This document shows, one piece after another, positions 28,594 to 38,615 of a DNA stretch of 64,000 nt; positions within the stretch are counted from its first letter, which is position 1, and the number at the start of each line of letters is the position of its first letter. A program made the translations under genes and the position numbers. Origin of the DNA: Candidatus Campbellbacteria bacterium GW2011_OD1_34_28 (lineage in GTDB: Bacteria > Patescibacteriota > Minisyncoccia > Phycocordibacterales > UBA12079); the NCBI GenBank assembly GCA_001029775.1, contig CP011215.1:187187-251186 (forward strand), given 5' to 3'. Below the pieces are notes generated by a model, which was given only the letters and a program-made list of their open reading frames with translations, had not been told where the DNA came from and searched no databases.

Positions 28594-28889
28594 ACAAAAA
28601 AACAGCCCTCACGGGCTGTTTTTTTTGTTTATTGAATTTTCATTTACCAACCTGCCTGTCGGCAGACAGGTTTTCAGTTTCTAATAAATAATTATAATAT
28701 TTTAGTTTGAATTACAAAATGTACTGGATTTATTGCTCCGAATTTTTTGCCTAAAAAATCCAAAGTTCGCTTTGCTCGCAAAGACGACGTCTTTGCGAGC
28801 AAAGCGAATCAATCCAAAAAAATATAATTTATATTTTTTCCACCATTACTTTATAGACTTTAAAAACTTTCAACTTTATACTTAATTGT

Positions 28890-30416
28890 ATGTCATTCTC
28901 CAAAATTTATTCCGCCCAAACAAATTTATTAAATGCTCATATTATTGATATTGAAATAGATATTCTCTCCAGTAATCTTTACAATTTTTCTGTTGTTGGA
29001 CTTCCTGACAAAGCAGTTGAAGAATCTCGCGACAGAGTATCGGCCGCAATAAAAAATTCTGGATTTAAATCACCTAAACAACAAGGACAAAAAATTGTCA
29101 TAGCTCTTGCTCCAGCAAACCTTAAAAAAGAAGGCCCAAATTTTGATTTAGGAATAGCTTTGTCATATCTACTAGCAACAGACGAAATAACCTTTGATAC
29201 AAAAAACAAAATATTTTTGGGCGAATTGGCGCTGGACGGAAAATTGAGAAAAACAAAAGGAGTGTTACCGTTGGTTAGAGAAGCAAAAAAACAAGGCTTT
29301 GAAGAAGTTTATCTACCGTGTGAAAATGTATTGGAAGGAGCACTGATAGAAGGAATAAGAGTATATGGAGTAGAAAGTCTCTCTCAACTACTTGATCACT
29401 TGGACGAAAACAGCCCAGAAAAAATAATACCCCAACCAACCACAAAAATAAAACTTTCAAAACAAGAATACAAAATAGATTTTTCTGACATAAAGGGCCA
29501 AGACCGTGCTAAAAGGGGATTGGAAATAGCAGCTGCTGGCGGACACAATATTGCAATGTATGGACCCCCAGGAACAGGAAAAACAATGCTTGCAAAAGCT
29601 TTTTGCCACCTCTTACCACCACTTTCCTTTGAAGATATTTTAGAAGTGACATCTATTCACTCTGTTGCAGGTACTCTCACAAAAGGGATAATCACCGAAC
29701 CACCTTTTAGGGCACCACACCACACGTCTTCTCATATTTCTGTTGTAGGCGGAGGGACATTTCCAAAACCAGGAGAAGTGACATTGGCACACAAAGGAGT
29801 GCTTTTTGTGGACGAGTTCCCAGAATTTGAAAGAAGAGTAATTGATTCTTTAAGACAGCCTTTGGAAGACAAGGTGGTTAGTATTTCACGAGCAAAAGGA
29901 TCCGCAATCTTTCCCGCCAACTTTATTTTGATCGCCACAATGAATCCTTGTCCTTGTGGAAATTACAAATCAAAAAAACCATGTATTTGTAATCAGGCAA
30001 GTATCCAAAAATATCAAAGAAAAATTTCTGGTCCTATTATTGATAGGGTGGATATGTGGGTAGAGGTTTCTTCTATTGATTACAAAGATCTTTCAGACAA
30101 TAAGCCTTGCGGAGAAAAAACAGATTTAATAAAAGAAAAAGTATTAAAAGCGAGAAATATCCAAATAGAAAGATTTGGCAAAACAAAAACAAACGGAGAT
30201 ATGTCCTCAAAAGATATTGAAAAACACATCAAAATGAATAATGAAGTAAAAGGAGCAATAAATGAATATGCAGAAAATTTAAATCTCTCTGCTCGCGCTT
30301 ATCACAAAGTAATAAAGCTTGCTCGCACAGTTGCTGATCTAAAAAACAAGCAAGATATAGACAAAGATGATATTTTGGAAGCCCTATCATACAGACCAAA
30401 AGAAAATAGTCTCTGA
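28890..30416 (+). CDS. comM: YifB/ComM-family Mg-chelatase-like AAA+ ATPase.
   Basis: N-terminal Lon-like domain, Walker A GPPGTGKTML, Walker B VLFVDEFPEF, C-terminal Cys cluster CPCGNY. Confidence 0.85.
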   Translation: MSFSKIYSAQTNLLNAHIIDIEIDILSSNLYNFSVVGLPDKAVEESRDRVSAAIKNSGFKSPKQQGQKIVIALAPANLKKEGPNFDLGIALSYLLATDEITFDTKNKIFLGELALDGKLRKTKGVLPLVREAKKQGFEEVYLPCENVLEGALIEGIRVYGVESLSQLLDHLDENSPEKIIPQPTTKIKLSKQEYKIDFSDIKGQDRAKRGLEIAAAGGHNIAMYGPPGTGKTMLAKAFCHLLPPLSFEDILEVTSIHSVAGTLTKGIITEPPFRAPHHTSSHISVVGGGTFPKPGEVTLAHKGVLFVDEFPEFERRVIDSLRQPLEDKVVSISRAKGSAIFPANFILIATMNPCPCGNYKSKKPCICNQASIQKYQRKISGPIIDRVDMWVEVSSIDYKDLSDNKPCGEKTDLIKEKVLKARNIQIERFGKTKTNGDMSSKDIEKHIKMNNEVKGAINEYAENLNLSARAYHKVIKLARTVADLKNKQDIDKDDILEALSYRPKENSL

Positions 30417-30463
30417 TTTAATGTTAAAATATATATAATTAAAAATATTTAATAATAAAAAAT

Positions 30464-30754
30464 ATGTTAGACGCAAACAAACTAAAAACGGATATTGAAA
30501 GGTTAAAAAAAGAAATACAAGAAAATTCTACAAAACTAAACCAAACAGAAACAGATTTAAAAAATTTACAAACAGAACAACAACAAAAAAGACAAACAAA
30601 ACAAAAACTTGAAATGGAGCTTCGAGAGAATGAAACAAAAACAAGACTAACAATGAACGAAATATCCAAACTAAAAAATCTAAAATTTTCAAGAGATCGT
30701 GAATTATTCAAGATGGAAACAGAATACAAAAACATATCAAAAAAAACTCTCTAG
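30464..30754 (+). CDS. Small coiled-coil protein, hypothetical.
   Basis: Heptad-rich, K/E/Q-rich, 96 aa. Confidence 0.35.
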   Translation: MLDANKLKTDIERLKKEIQENSTKLNQTETDLKNLQTEQQQKRQTKQKLEMELRENETKTRLTMNEISKLKNLKFSRDRELFKMETEYKNISKKTL

Positions 30755-30837
30755 AAAAATCGCCCTATGGGCGATTTTTTACTTACTACTTATTATTTAA
30801 CCCTTACTCCTTTCTTCTTACACCTCACTACTAGCCA

Positions 30838-30899
30838 AAAATCCATTTTAAAAAAACACCCCACGGGGTGTTTTTTTAAAATGGATTTTTGGCTCCACG
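30838..30899. terminator. Bidirectional terminator: a 29-bp perfect inverted repeat, GCCAAAAATCCATTTTAAAAAAACACCCC / GGGGTGTTTTTTTAAAATGGATTTTTGGC.
   Basis: Read directly. The right arm overlaps the last 8 codons of the convergent M23 peptidase gene. Confidence 0.55.
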
Positions 30900-31895
30900 A
30901 ATCTCAAAGTGCAAGTGTGGTCCTGTTGATTTTCCTGTATTACCACTGTAGCCGATTACCTGTCCTCTCACAACAACTTGTCCGGCAGAAACAATATTTT
31001 GACTCATGTGAGCATACAAAGTCTGTGTTCCATTATCGTGCTGAATTACAATATAACTACCATAACCACCATTCCATCCGTAATCACGGCTAATGATTAC
31101 TTTTCCAGAAGCAGAAGCGACAACAGAAGTTCCAACAGGTGTTCCTATATCTATAGCGTTGTATCCGTGAATACCTTGTGTTCTTACACCTGTAACAGGT
31201 CTTATGTAATAACCAGAAGTTGATGGTGTTGTTTTTCCAGAAGAACTTCCTGTCTTTGAAGATTTATAAACAAATGAACCCATATCACCGTCTGGAATAA
31301 TAACAATATCACCAACAGCTAGTGTTTCATCTATTAGATTATTAAAACTCTTTATTTCATCTATATCTCCTTTATATTTATTTGCAATACCAGCAAGAGT
31401 TTCTCCTTTCTTAACAGTATGTCTTACACCTGTTACCGGTAATATAACAAGGGTTTGTCCTTTTGTAATTATTCCATTTTTTAGATCGTTCGCCCAAATA
31501 ATAGTATTATTTGAAACACCAAACATTTTTGAAATCTGTGACAAAGAATCTCCCTCTCTTACAACATAAACACTGATCTTGTCGCTGTTTGTTTTTTCAC
31601 TTATATCAACCATACTTCCGGAAGGCCCTGTCTCAGACAAAAGAGCAACATCACCCACTATTGTAATATCACCACCTCCTTTAGCTGGATTTGGATCAAA
31701 ATTAACAGACGCTTGTAGTAAATTTATATTTTGTGAATTTATAGAAATATCCTCATTCACTGTTTCTTCTTTTGCAAACAAATTAGTAACACTTGCAACA
31801 AAAGACAAAGCACCAGCCTGAGCATAAGAAACAGGTGTTCCAAAGAATGCCAAAGCAAAAACAACCCTTATAACAAAAAGGTTCCTAAAAATCAT
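30876..31895 (-). CDS. Secreted LysM-domain M23-family peptidase (peptidoglycan endopeptidase). The start is probably the ATG at 31895 (MIFRNLF... signal peptide).
   Basis: Two LysM-like repeats (DSLSQISKMFGVS, ETLAGIANKY) and a C-terminal M23 motif HxxxD...HLHFE (GPHLHFEIR). Confidence 0.8.
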   Translation of the reverse strand: MIFRNLFVIRVVFALAFFGTPVSYAQAGALSFVASVTNLFAKEETVNEDISINSQNINLLQASVNFDPNPAKGGGDITIVGDVALLSETGPSGSMVDISEKTNSDKISVYVVREGDSLSQISKMFGVSNNTIIWANDLKNGIITKGQTLVILPVTGVRHTVKKGETLAGIANKYKGDIDEIKSFNNLIDETLAVGDIVIIPDGDMGSFVYKSSKTGSSSGKTTPSTSGYYIRPVTGVRTQGIHGYNAIDIGTPVGTSVVASASGKVIISRDYGWNGGYGSYIVIQHDNGTQTLYAHMSQNIVSAGQVVVRGQVIGYSGNTGKSTGPHLHFEIRGAKNPF

Positions 31896-32334
31896 TTTTA
31901 CCTTCTGATTCAACACTTTTTTAGACGAATCAGAATCCTTTGGGGTAAGTAAAATAAGCCGAAATTTTAAGTTGATAACCGAATCTCTGTGGTGAATTCC
32001 GCTTAAAAGCGGTTTCATCTGCCTTTCCAAAATACAACAATGTCAGAAATTGTATATTTATTCACAATGAAAGTCAATGGCTTTGACCTTGTTAATTTAT
32101 ATACAACTTCTACTATAATTTTATCAAAATGAACACCTTGGTCAATCAATATGTGGATAAGAAAAGAAGGGGTAAGGAGCAAGGATTAAGGTGTAAGGGT
32201 AGAGGGGTAATATTTAAAAGACAAATATTACCAAACAAAAAATCCTAATTTATACCAATAATAACAACATTTGTATTGCATTCGTATAATTCGTAATATT
32301 CGTATATTCGTATATCTAATGTTAAAATAGCTCA

Positions 32335-34308
32335 ATGCACGAACATCTAAATGAACTAAATTCAAATCAAAAATCAGCAGTCGTTCAAAAAGATGGGCCT
32401 GTTTTGATAATAGCAGGAGCAGGAGCAGGAAAAACAAAAACAATCACACACAGAATACTCCATCTTATAAATGAAGGGGTGGCTCCTTCATCAATACTGG
32501 CGGTGACATTCACAAACAAAGCTTCAAAAGAAATGAAGGAAAGAGTAGAAAAAATGTTATCCTCAGACGGAAAAATAAATTTTCCTATTTCAAACCAAGA
32601 AAAACCTTTTATCAGTACATTTCACTCTTTGGGTGTCTATATAATAAAAGAAAATTCTCACAAACTGGGATTAACCAGACATTTTAATATATTTGATAAA
32701 AACGATTCAAAAAGAGCTGTGAAAGAAGCTCTTATTCAAAACGGTTTAGACCCAAAACAATTTGATCCTGCAAAAATAGTTGGTTTTATATCCAAACAAA
32801 AAGGAAATTCTATAAGTTACGAAAAATTTAAAGAAAACACGGGAAATGATTATTTTTCTCAAATTGTTTCAAAAGTTTGGGACGGTTACGAAAAAACACT
32901 AAAGAAAGAAAAGGCTCTTGATTTTGATGATCTTCTTTTAAAAACATCTATTCTTTTAAGAGAAGATTCTGGTGTTAGAAATTATTATCAAAATAAATGG
33001 CAGTATGTTCATATAGATGAATATCAGGATACAAACCGTGTTCAATATGAAATATCAAAATTGTTAGTTGGAAAAAAACAAAATATTTGTGTTGTCGGCG
33101 ATGCTGATCAATGTATTTACAGTTGGCGTGGTGCAAATCATAAAAATATATTAAATTTTGAAAAAGATTTTTCCAATGTAAAAACTGTTGTTTTGGAAGA
33201 AAACTATCGTTCTACAAAAAATATTTTATCCGCTGCCAATGATGTTATAAAGAAAAACAAAACAAGAAAAGAAAAAAATCTTTTTACAAACAATGCGGAA
33301 GGAGAAAAAATAAGTCTTTTTTCAAATTATACAGAAAGACAGGAAGCAGATAATGTTGTTGGAAAAATTCAAGAATTATTAGTAAAAGGAGCAGATCTAA
33401 ATGAAGTTGCTGTTTTATATAGAGCAAATTTTCAATCTCGAGCTTTGGAAGAAGCTTTTCTTATGGCAGGAGTTCCTTATCAAGTATTGGGAACAAAATT
33501 TTTTGATAGAAAAGAAATTAAAGATATTATTTCTTTTATAAAAGCATCTTTAAATCCAGACAGTCTAACTGATATAAAAAGAATAATAAATGTACCACCA
33601 AGAGGAATAGGTGAAGTTACTTTGTTAAAAATATTTAACAATAAAAAAGAAGAATTAAATCCAAAAACAAGAGAAAAGGTTGATAATTTTTATCAAATGC
33701 TGGAAAAAATAGGAGAAAGTTGTTTAAAAGATAAACCTTCTGATGTTATTAAATTTATAATGAAAATAACAGGAATTGAAGCAAAATTAAGTCCGTCAGA
33801 TGGTAGTGGAACAGAAGAAGATAAAGAAAGACTGGATAATATTAAAGAAATGGTTACTTTGGCGGTAAAATATGATTATTTTGTTGTTTCCGAAGGTTTG
33901 GAAAAAATGTTGGAAGATTCTGCTTTGGCTACAGATCAAGATGAAATTGATAATAAAAATAAAAAAGACGCTATAAAATTGATGACTGTTCACGCCTCTA
34001 AAGGTTTGGAATTTGATTATGTTTTTATAACAGGACTAGAAGATTCTCTTTTTCCAAGTAAAAGAAACAACAACCAAACTGAAGATGAAAAAGAGGAAGA
34101 AAGAAGATTATTTTATGTTGCACTAACTCGAGCAAGAAAAAAATTGTTTTTATCATATGCCTCAATAAGAATGATTTTTGGATCAAAACAAATGAATCCT
34201 CCTTCAGAATTTATCTTTGATATAAAGGACAATTTAATAGAAGATGAATCTTACAAAAGGACAGAAAATTATGGTAATAGTGAGAAAATTATTTATTTAG
34301 ATCTATAA
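32335..34308 (+). CDS. pcrA: ATP-dependent DNA helicase, UvrD/PcrA family.
   Basis: Motif I AGAGAGKTKT, motif II HIDEYQDTN, motif VI VALTRARKKL. Confidence 0.9.
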   Translation: MHEHLNELNSNQKSAVVQKDGPVLIIAGAGAGKTKTITHRILHLINEGVAPSSILAVTFTNKASKEMKERVEKMLSSDGKINFPISNQEKPFISTFHSLGVYIIKENSHKLGLTRHFNIFDKNDSKRAVKEALIQNGLDPKQFDPAKIVGFISKQKGNSISYEKFKENTGNDYFSQIVSKVWDGYEKTLKKEKALDFDDLLLKTSILLREDSGVRNYYQNKWQYVHIDEYQDTNRVQYEISKLLVGKKQNICVVGDADQCIYSWRGANHKNILNFEKDFSNVKTVVLEENYRSTKNILSAANDVIKKNKTRKEKNLFTNNAEGEKISLFSNYTERQEADNVVGKIQELLVKGADLNEVAVLYRANFQSRALEEAFLMAGVPYQVLGTKFFDRKEIKDIISFIKASLNPDSLTDIKRIINVPPRGIGEVTLLKIFNNKKEELNPKTREKVDNFYQMLEKIGESCLKDKPSDVIKFIMKITGIEAKLSPSDGSGTEEDKERLDNIKEMVTLAVKYDYFVVSEGLEKMLEDSALATDQDEIDNKNKKDAIKLMTVHASKGLEFDYVFITGLEDSLFPSKRNNNQTEDEKEEERRLFYVALTRARKKLFLSYASIRMIFGSKQMNPPSEFIFDIKDNLIEDESYKRTENYGNSEKIIYLDL

Positions 34309-34548
34309 AGGACTGTTAATAACTTGTTGAATATGGGTATAATAAACAAACAATAAAAGTTTAATAATGTTTGAAATATTTTTTAAATTTATACTTACAA
34401 ACATTCCATTAAAAAATATATACAAATTGTTACTAAAAAATATTTGTAAAAACAGTTATTTAAATTGACTCAAAAATAGTTATCAACATATCCACAGCGT
34501 ATAATATATTAAATAGTTTATATATATAATATAAGTTAATAGTTATAT

Positions 34549-35352
34549 ATGAATATAAAACCAAAAAAATCACTAGGACAAAACTTCTTAAAGACAAAAG
34601 AAATATTAGATATAGTAATTCAAACAGCTAATATAAAAGACAAAGATATTGTTTTAGAAATAGGTCCAGGGAAAGGAGCTCTCACTGAAAAACTTTTAGA
34701 AAAAGCAAAAGAAGTTATTGTTGTTGAAAAAGATAATCGCCTAATAGAATTTTTAAATGAAAAATTTGAAAGTGATGTAAAAACAAAAAAACTAAAAATA
34801 ATTGAAGGAGATATATTGGATATTGATATTTGTGAGGTGTTGGACACTTTACAATACAAAGTGGTTGCTAATATACCATATTACATAACAGGTCAAATAA
34901 TAAAGAAATTTTTATCTGAAGAAAAACAACCAAGTGATATAGTTTTGATGGTTCAAAAAGAGGTGGCAGAAAGAATTGTTGATAAACCGGAAAGTATATT
35001 ATCGCTAAGTGTAAAAGTATATGGAACACCTAAATATATAAAAACCGTTAAAGCAAAGCATTTTTCTCCTCAACCAAAGGTGGATTCGGCTATTTTGTTG
35101 ATAAAAAATATATCAAAAAATGTTTTTATTGAAAATAATATAAAAGAAAATGATTTTTTTGATCTTGTTAAAGCCGGTTTTTCTCACAAAAGAAAGTATT
35201 TATTAAACAATTTGGAGACAAATTGGATTTTAATGAATAAAAATAAAGAAAAATTAAAAGATATTTTGGAAAAATCTGATATATCTTTAAAAATTAGAGC
35301 AGAAAACCTTTCTTTGGAAGATTGGATAAATATATTGAAGCATAATTTTTAA
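34549..35352 (+). CDS. rsmA: 16S rRNA (adenine1518/1519-N6)-dimethyltransferase RsmA/KsgA.
   Basis: SLGQNFL motif, SAM-binding EIGPGKGALT, NIPYYIT. Confidence 0.9.
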   Translation: MNIKPKKSLGQNFLKTKEILDIVIQTANIKDKDIVLEIGPGKGALTEKLLEKAKEVIVVEKDNRLIEFLNEKFESDVKTKKLKIIEGDILDIDICEVLDTLQYKVVANIPYYITGQIIKKFLSEEKQPSDIVLMVQKEVAERIVDKPESILSLSVKVYGTPKYIKTVKAKHFSPQPKVDSAILLIKNISKNVFIENNIKENDFFDLVKAGFSHKRKYLLNNLETNWILMNKNKEKLKDILEKSDISLKIRAENLSLEDWINILKHNF

Positions 35353-35434
35353 TTTTTATTTACTACTTAATTTAATACTCTTTTATCCACATAAAATATT
35401 AAATTTTAATTGTTTTTGTTGATATAATTATCTC

Positions 35435-36373
35435 ATGGACAAAAGTTGGCTCCCGAGTAAAAAATTAGTCCTATCTTTTAGTACCCTAGCAATTTTATTG
35501 TTGGGGAGTGTTGCTGTTTCTGAGTTGTTTAATAAGCAAAATGTTTATTTAGGAGAAAATAATAGTGTAAAGGTAGCAGAACTAAGAGGTAGTTTTTCAG
35601 AAAAAGACACGGATGGGGATGGTTTGATGGATTGGGAAGAGTCTCTTTGGAAAACAGATATAAATAACACCGATACAGACGGAGACGGAACAAATGATGG
35701 CGATGAAATACTACAAAAAAGAAATCCTGTTGTCGCTGGACCAGATGATTTATTGAAAGGAGAAATTTTAAGCGATGATAATTTTTTTAAGTACACTGAT
35801 GAAGAAAATTTGACCGAAACAGATAAATTATCAAGAGACCTTTTGGTGGGTTATTTGAGTATGAAAAAAAATGGTTCTTTTGAAGAAAATAAAACACAAT
35901 TTATTCAGTCTTTGTCACAAGATGTTACAGAAATATCAAAAGAAAAATCGGGCAAATTTTATACATCTACAGATATAAATATTATAGATAATAATAAAAA
36001 ATCTGATATTGAAACTTATAAGAAAAATTTTATAGGTATAATGATGTTTAGTAATGATCCAAGTCAAGATATTTCTATATTTAGAGATGCTTTACAAAAT
36101 GAAAGTAGTAAAGAAATATCAAAACTAGATTCAAGTATTTCTTTATATGAATATATGATGGAAAAACTTTTAGATATAAAAGTTCCTTCTTCTTTGCTAC
36201 AATCGCATTTAATAATAGTTAATTCTTTTGATGATATGATAGAGGGAACAAAAAAAATGAGAAATGTTATGATTGATCCTATTGGAGGTCTCTCAGGAAT
36301 AAATTTAAGAATTGCGTCAGAAGAAGTTTTTTTGGTTGGTTTAAATAAATTAAATGATATTTTAGAAAAATAA
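35435..36373 (+). CDS. Membrane-anchored protein with two dockerin/EF-hand-like Ca-binding repeats (DTDGDGLMDWEE / DTDGDGTNDGDE). First gene of the T4SS-like block.
   Basis: N-terminal TM helix; duplicated DxDxDGxxDxxE motif. Confidence 0.45.
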   Translation: MDKSWLPSKKLVLSFSTLAILLLGSVAVSELFNKQNVYLGENNSVKVAELRGSFSEKDTDGDGLMDWEESLWKTDINNTDTDGDGTNDGDEILQKRNPVVAGPDDLLKGEILSDDNFFKYTDEENLTETDKLSRDLLVGYLSMKKNGSFEENKTQFIQSLSQDVTEISKEKSGKFYTSTDINIIDNNKKSDIETYKKNFIGIMMFSNDPSQDISIFRDALQNESSKEISKLDSSISLYEYMMEKLLDIKVPSSLLQSHLIIVNSFDDMIEGTKKMRNVMIDPIGGLSGINLRIASEEVFLVGLNKLNDILEK

Positions 36374-36374
36374 A

Positions 36375-38612
36375 ATGTTTTCAAATAAATTTAAAAAAAC
36401 AACAGCTCTTTTTTTAACGGTAGTTATTATTTTTGTTTCCAGTTTTTCTTTAAAACCACAAAAAACAGAAGCCATTATTGGTTTTGGAGATACTGTTATT
36501 GAAGTAGGAGCGAATCTTTACGCTAACATGACAAAAATGGTAAAAGAAATAGCACTTGATACAATAGCTTGGGCAATTAAGGATAGAATAATTAGACAAA
36601 TAGTCAACTCAACTGTTACATGGATAAATAGTGGTTTTCAAGGCTCTCCGGCATATATAACAGATTTTGAAGGTTTTTTGACTGATGTAGGAGACGATAT
36701 AACGGGAATAATAATAAACGAAACAGGTTTAAACTTTCTTTGTGATCCATTTGCTTTAGATATTAGATTGGCTTTAGAAAATCAATTTATGGAAGGTGAT
36801 GATCTTGATTGTAAGTTGTCCGATGTCACCGACAATATTGGAGGTTCAATAGAGGATATTTCAAATACAATGGGAGAAAATTGGGATTGGGGTGCTTGGG
36901 TACAGATTACCCAAAACACAAGCAATAACCCTTTTTCTTCTTACATAGATGCAACAGTTAGAATTCAAAATACAATTTTTGAAAAAGAACAACAACAGTC
37001 AACCCAGATACAGTGGGCAGATGGTTATATATCAATTCCTTTTTGTGAAACAAATACGGTTGAAGAAAATGGAACTGTTCATTACGATGAACAGTGTAGA
37101 ATTGAAACACCAGGAAAACTTATTTCAGAATCTTTAAACGAACAACTAAGTTGGGGAGGAAAAGAGTTAATATCTGCCGATGAAATAAACGAAATTGTTT
37201 CAGCTTTGTTTGCACAACTAATTAATCAGGTATTTCAAGAAGGCCTTCGTAGTGTAAACGACGATGGATATATGGATGACATGGTGAATGATGATAGTGT
37301 GTGGGAAGGAAGCACTAGGGAAATAATAGGGCAAATTGAAAGAGATATAAAAGAAGAGCAAGCATATTTGGATGTTAAAAAAATGACACTAGAGTTGTTG
37401 TTGTCTACTAAAGAACTTTTGGAAACAATGAAGGAATTTTGTGCGGATGAAGAACTTAATGGTTGGATTAGTAATAAAATAATAACAAAAATTAATCCTT
37501 TGATTGAAAGGATTCAGGCGGACATAAATGTTTCACAAGGAATGATTGACCGTTTGTATGAAATCATTAATAAATTAAGAGCTCTTGTTGATGGAGATTC
37601 TTCAAATCCAGATCCAGATCCTCAGCCAGATCCAGACCCTCAACCAGACCCTTCTGCAAGTTATTCTTGTGAAAAAGTAATTGCACCTAGCTATACAGAC
37701 GGATTTTTCTCTTTGGCGTCATTTAAAAATGTATTATATGCAGGAGCCTTTGGATATGGTCTTGAAAATCAAAGCATGATGTTTGGTGTGGGAGGAGCTT
37801 TCCAACCTGGAATAAAAAATATAGGAGAAAGTGTTTGTGCAATGGAAGAATTTGATGGTTTTCTTTATGCAAATACAGAAAACAGTGGAAAGGTTTATCG
37901 TTCTCAAGACGGTAAAAATTGGGTCACTGTACACAGTTTGGGCCAACCAACAGGTTGTGCTATGGATGTTCACAATAACAACTTGTTTGTTGTTGGTGCA
38001 AATGCTTTTGCTGGATTAAGAAAGTCTGTTATTTATAGATTTACTGGTAAAGTAGGGTGGCAATCTGTATATAGTGACGATTTGTATATAAGAGATATTG
38101 TTTCTTACAAAGGTAGAATATATGCTTTTGGTATTGATAATAGTGGTCAAGGTTATGTTATAAGTTCTGATAATGGTGTTACGGATTGGAGAAAACAACA
38201 GGTGGACAGTCGTTTTTTTAGAGCAACTGTTGTAGATGATACTCTGTGGATAGGGTCTTCTATGAAATATAGTAAAAATAATAAATCTGGAATTTTCAAA
38301 TATAATGGAAATACCTTTGTAAATGTTTATAATACAAATATTTATGAACACATAACCTATGTTAAGGGTTGGGAAGGTGCTTTGTTTGCAGGAACAACAA
38401 AAGGTTTCAAAGTAAAAATGGATGGAACAAATGCAAAGGGTCCAACACAGCTTTTGGTTTCAGCAGACAATGGAACTTCTTGGAAGACAGCATGTACGGT
38501 TCAAGAAGAGGGTATTTGGGATATTATGGAAAACAACGGAAAATTATATATAGCTACGATGAGTTATAATAATGCTACGGGTGGTTCTGTTTATGAGGTA
38601 AAGAAAAAATAA
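36375..38612 (+). CDS. Large secreted/anchored protein (745 aa) with a PDPDPQPDPDPQPDP linker and a C-terminal beta-propeller-like repeat region.
   Basis: N-terminal hydrophobic anchor, low-complexity PD/PQ linker, and repetitive G/Y/W-rich C-terminal blades. Confidence 0.45.
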   Translation: MFSNKFKKTTALFLTVVIIFVSSFSLKPQKTEAIIGFGDTVIEVGANLYANMTKMVKEIALDTIAWAIKDRIIRQIVNSTVTWINSGFQGSPAYITDFEGFLTDVGDDITGIIINETGLNFLCDPFALDIRLALENQFMEGDDLDCKLSDVTDNIGGSIEDISNTMGENWDWGAWVQITQNTSNNPFSSYIDATVRIQNTIFEKEQQQSTQIQWADGYISIPFCETNTVEENGTVHYDEQCRIETPGKLISESLNEQLSWGGKELISADEINEIVSALFAQLINQVFQEGLRSVNDDGYMDDMVNDDSVWEGSTREIIGQIERDIKEEQAYLDVKKMTLELLLSTKELLETMKEFCADEELNGWISNKIITKINPLIERIQADINVSQGMIDRLYEIINKLRALVDGDSSNPDPDPQPDPDPQPDPSASYSCEKVIAPSYTDGFFSLASFKNVLYAGAFGYGLENQSMMFGVGGAFQPGIKNIGESVCAMEEFDGFLYANTENSGKVYRSQDGKNWVTVHSLGQPTGCAMDVHNNNLFVVGANAFAGLRKSVIYRFTGKVGWQSVYSDDLYIRDIVSYKGRIYAFGIDNSGQGYVISSDNGVTDWRKQQVDSRFFRATVVDDTLWIGSSMKYSKNNKSGIFKYNGNTFVNVYNTNIYEHITYVKGWEGALFAGTTKGFKVKMDGTNAKGPTQLLVSADNGTSWKTACTVQEEGIWDIMENNGKLYIATMSYNNATGGSVYEVKKK

Positions 38613-38615
38613 AAT

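Noticed and set aside
30978-31821. ORFs 30978-31223(+) and 31579-31821(+) inside the M23/LysM gene, and 30767-31093(+)
   Set aside because: Antisense to, or overlapping, a gene with clear LysM and M23 catalytic motifs.
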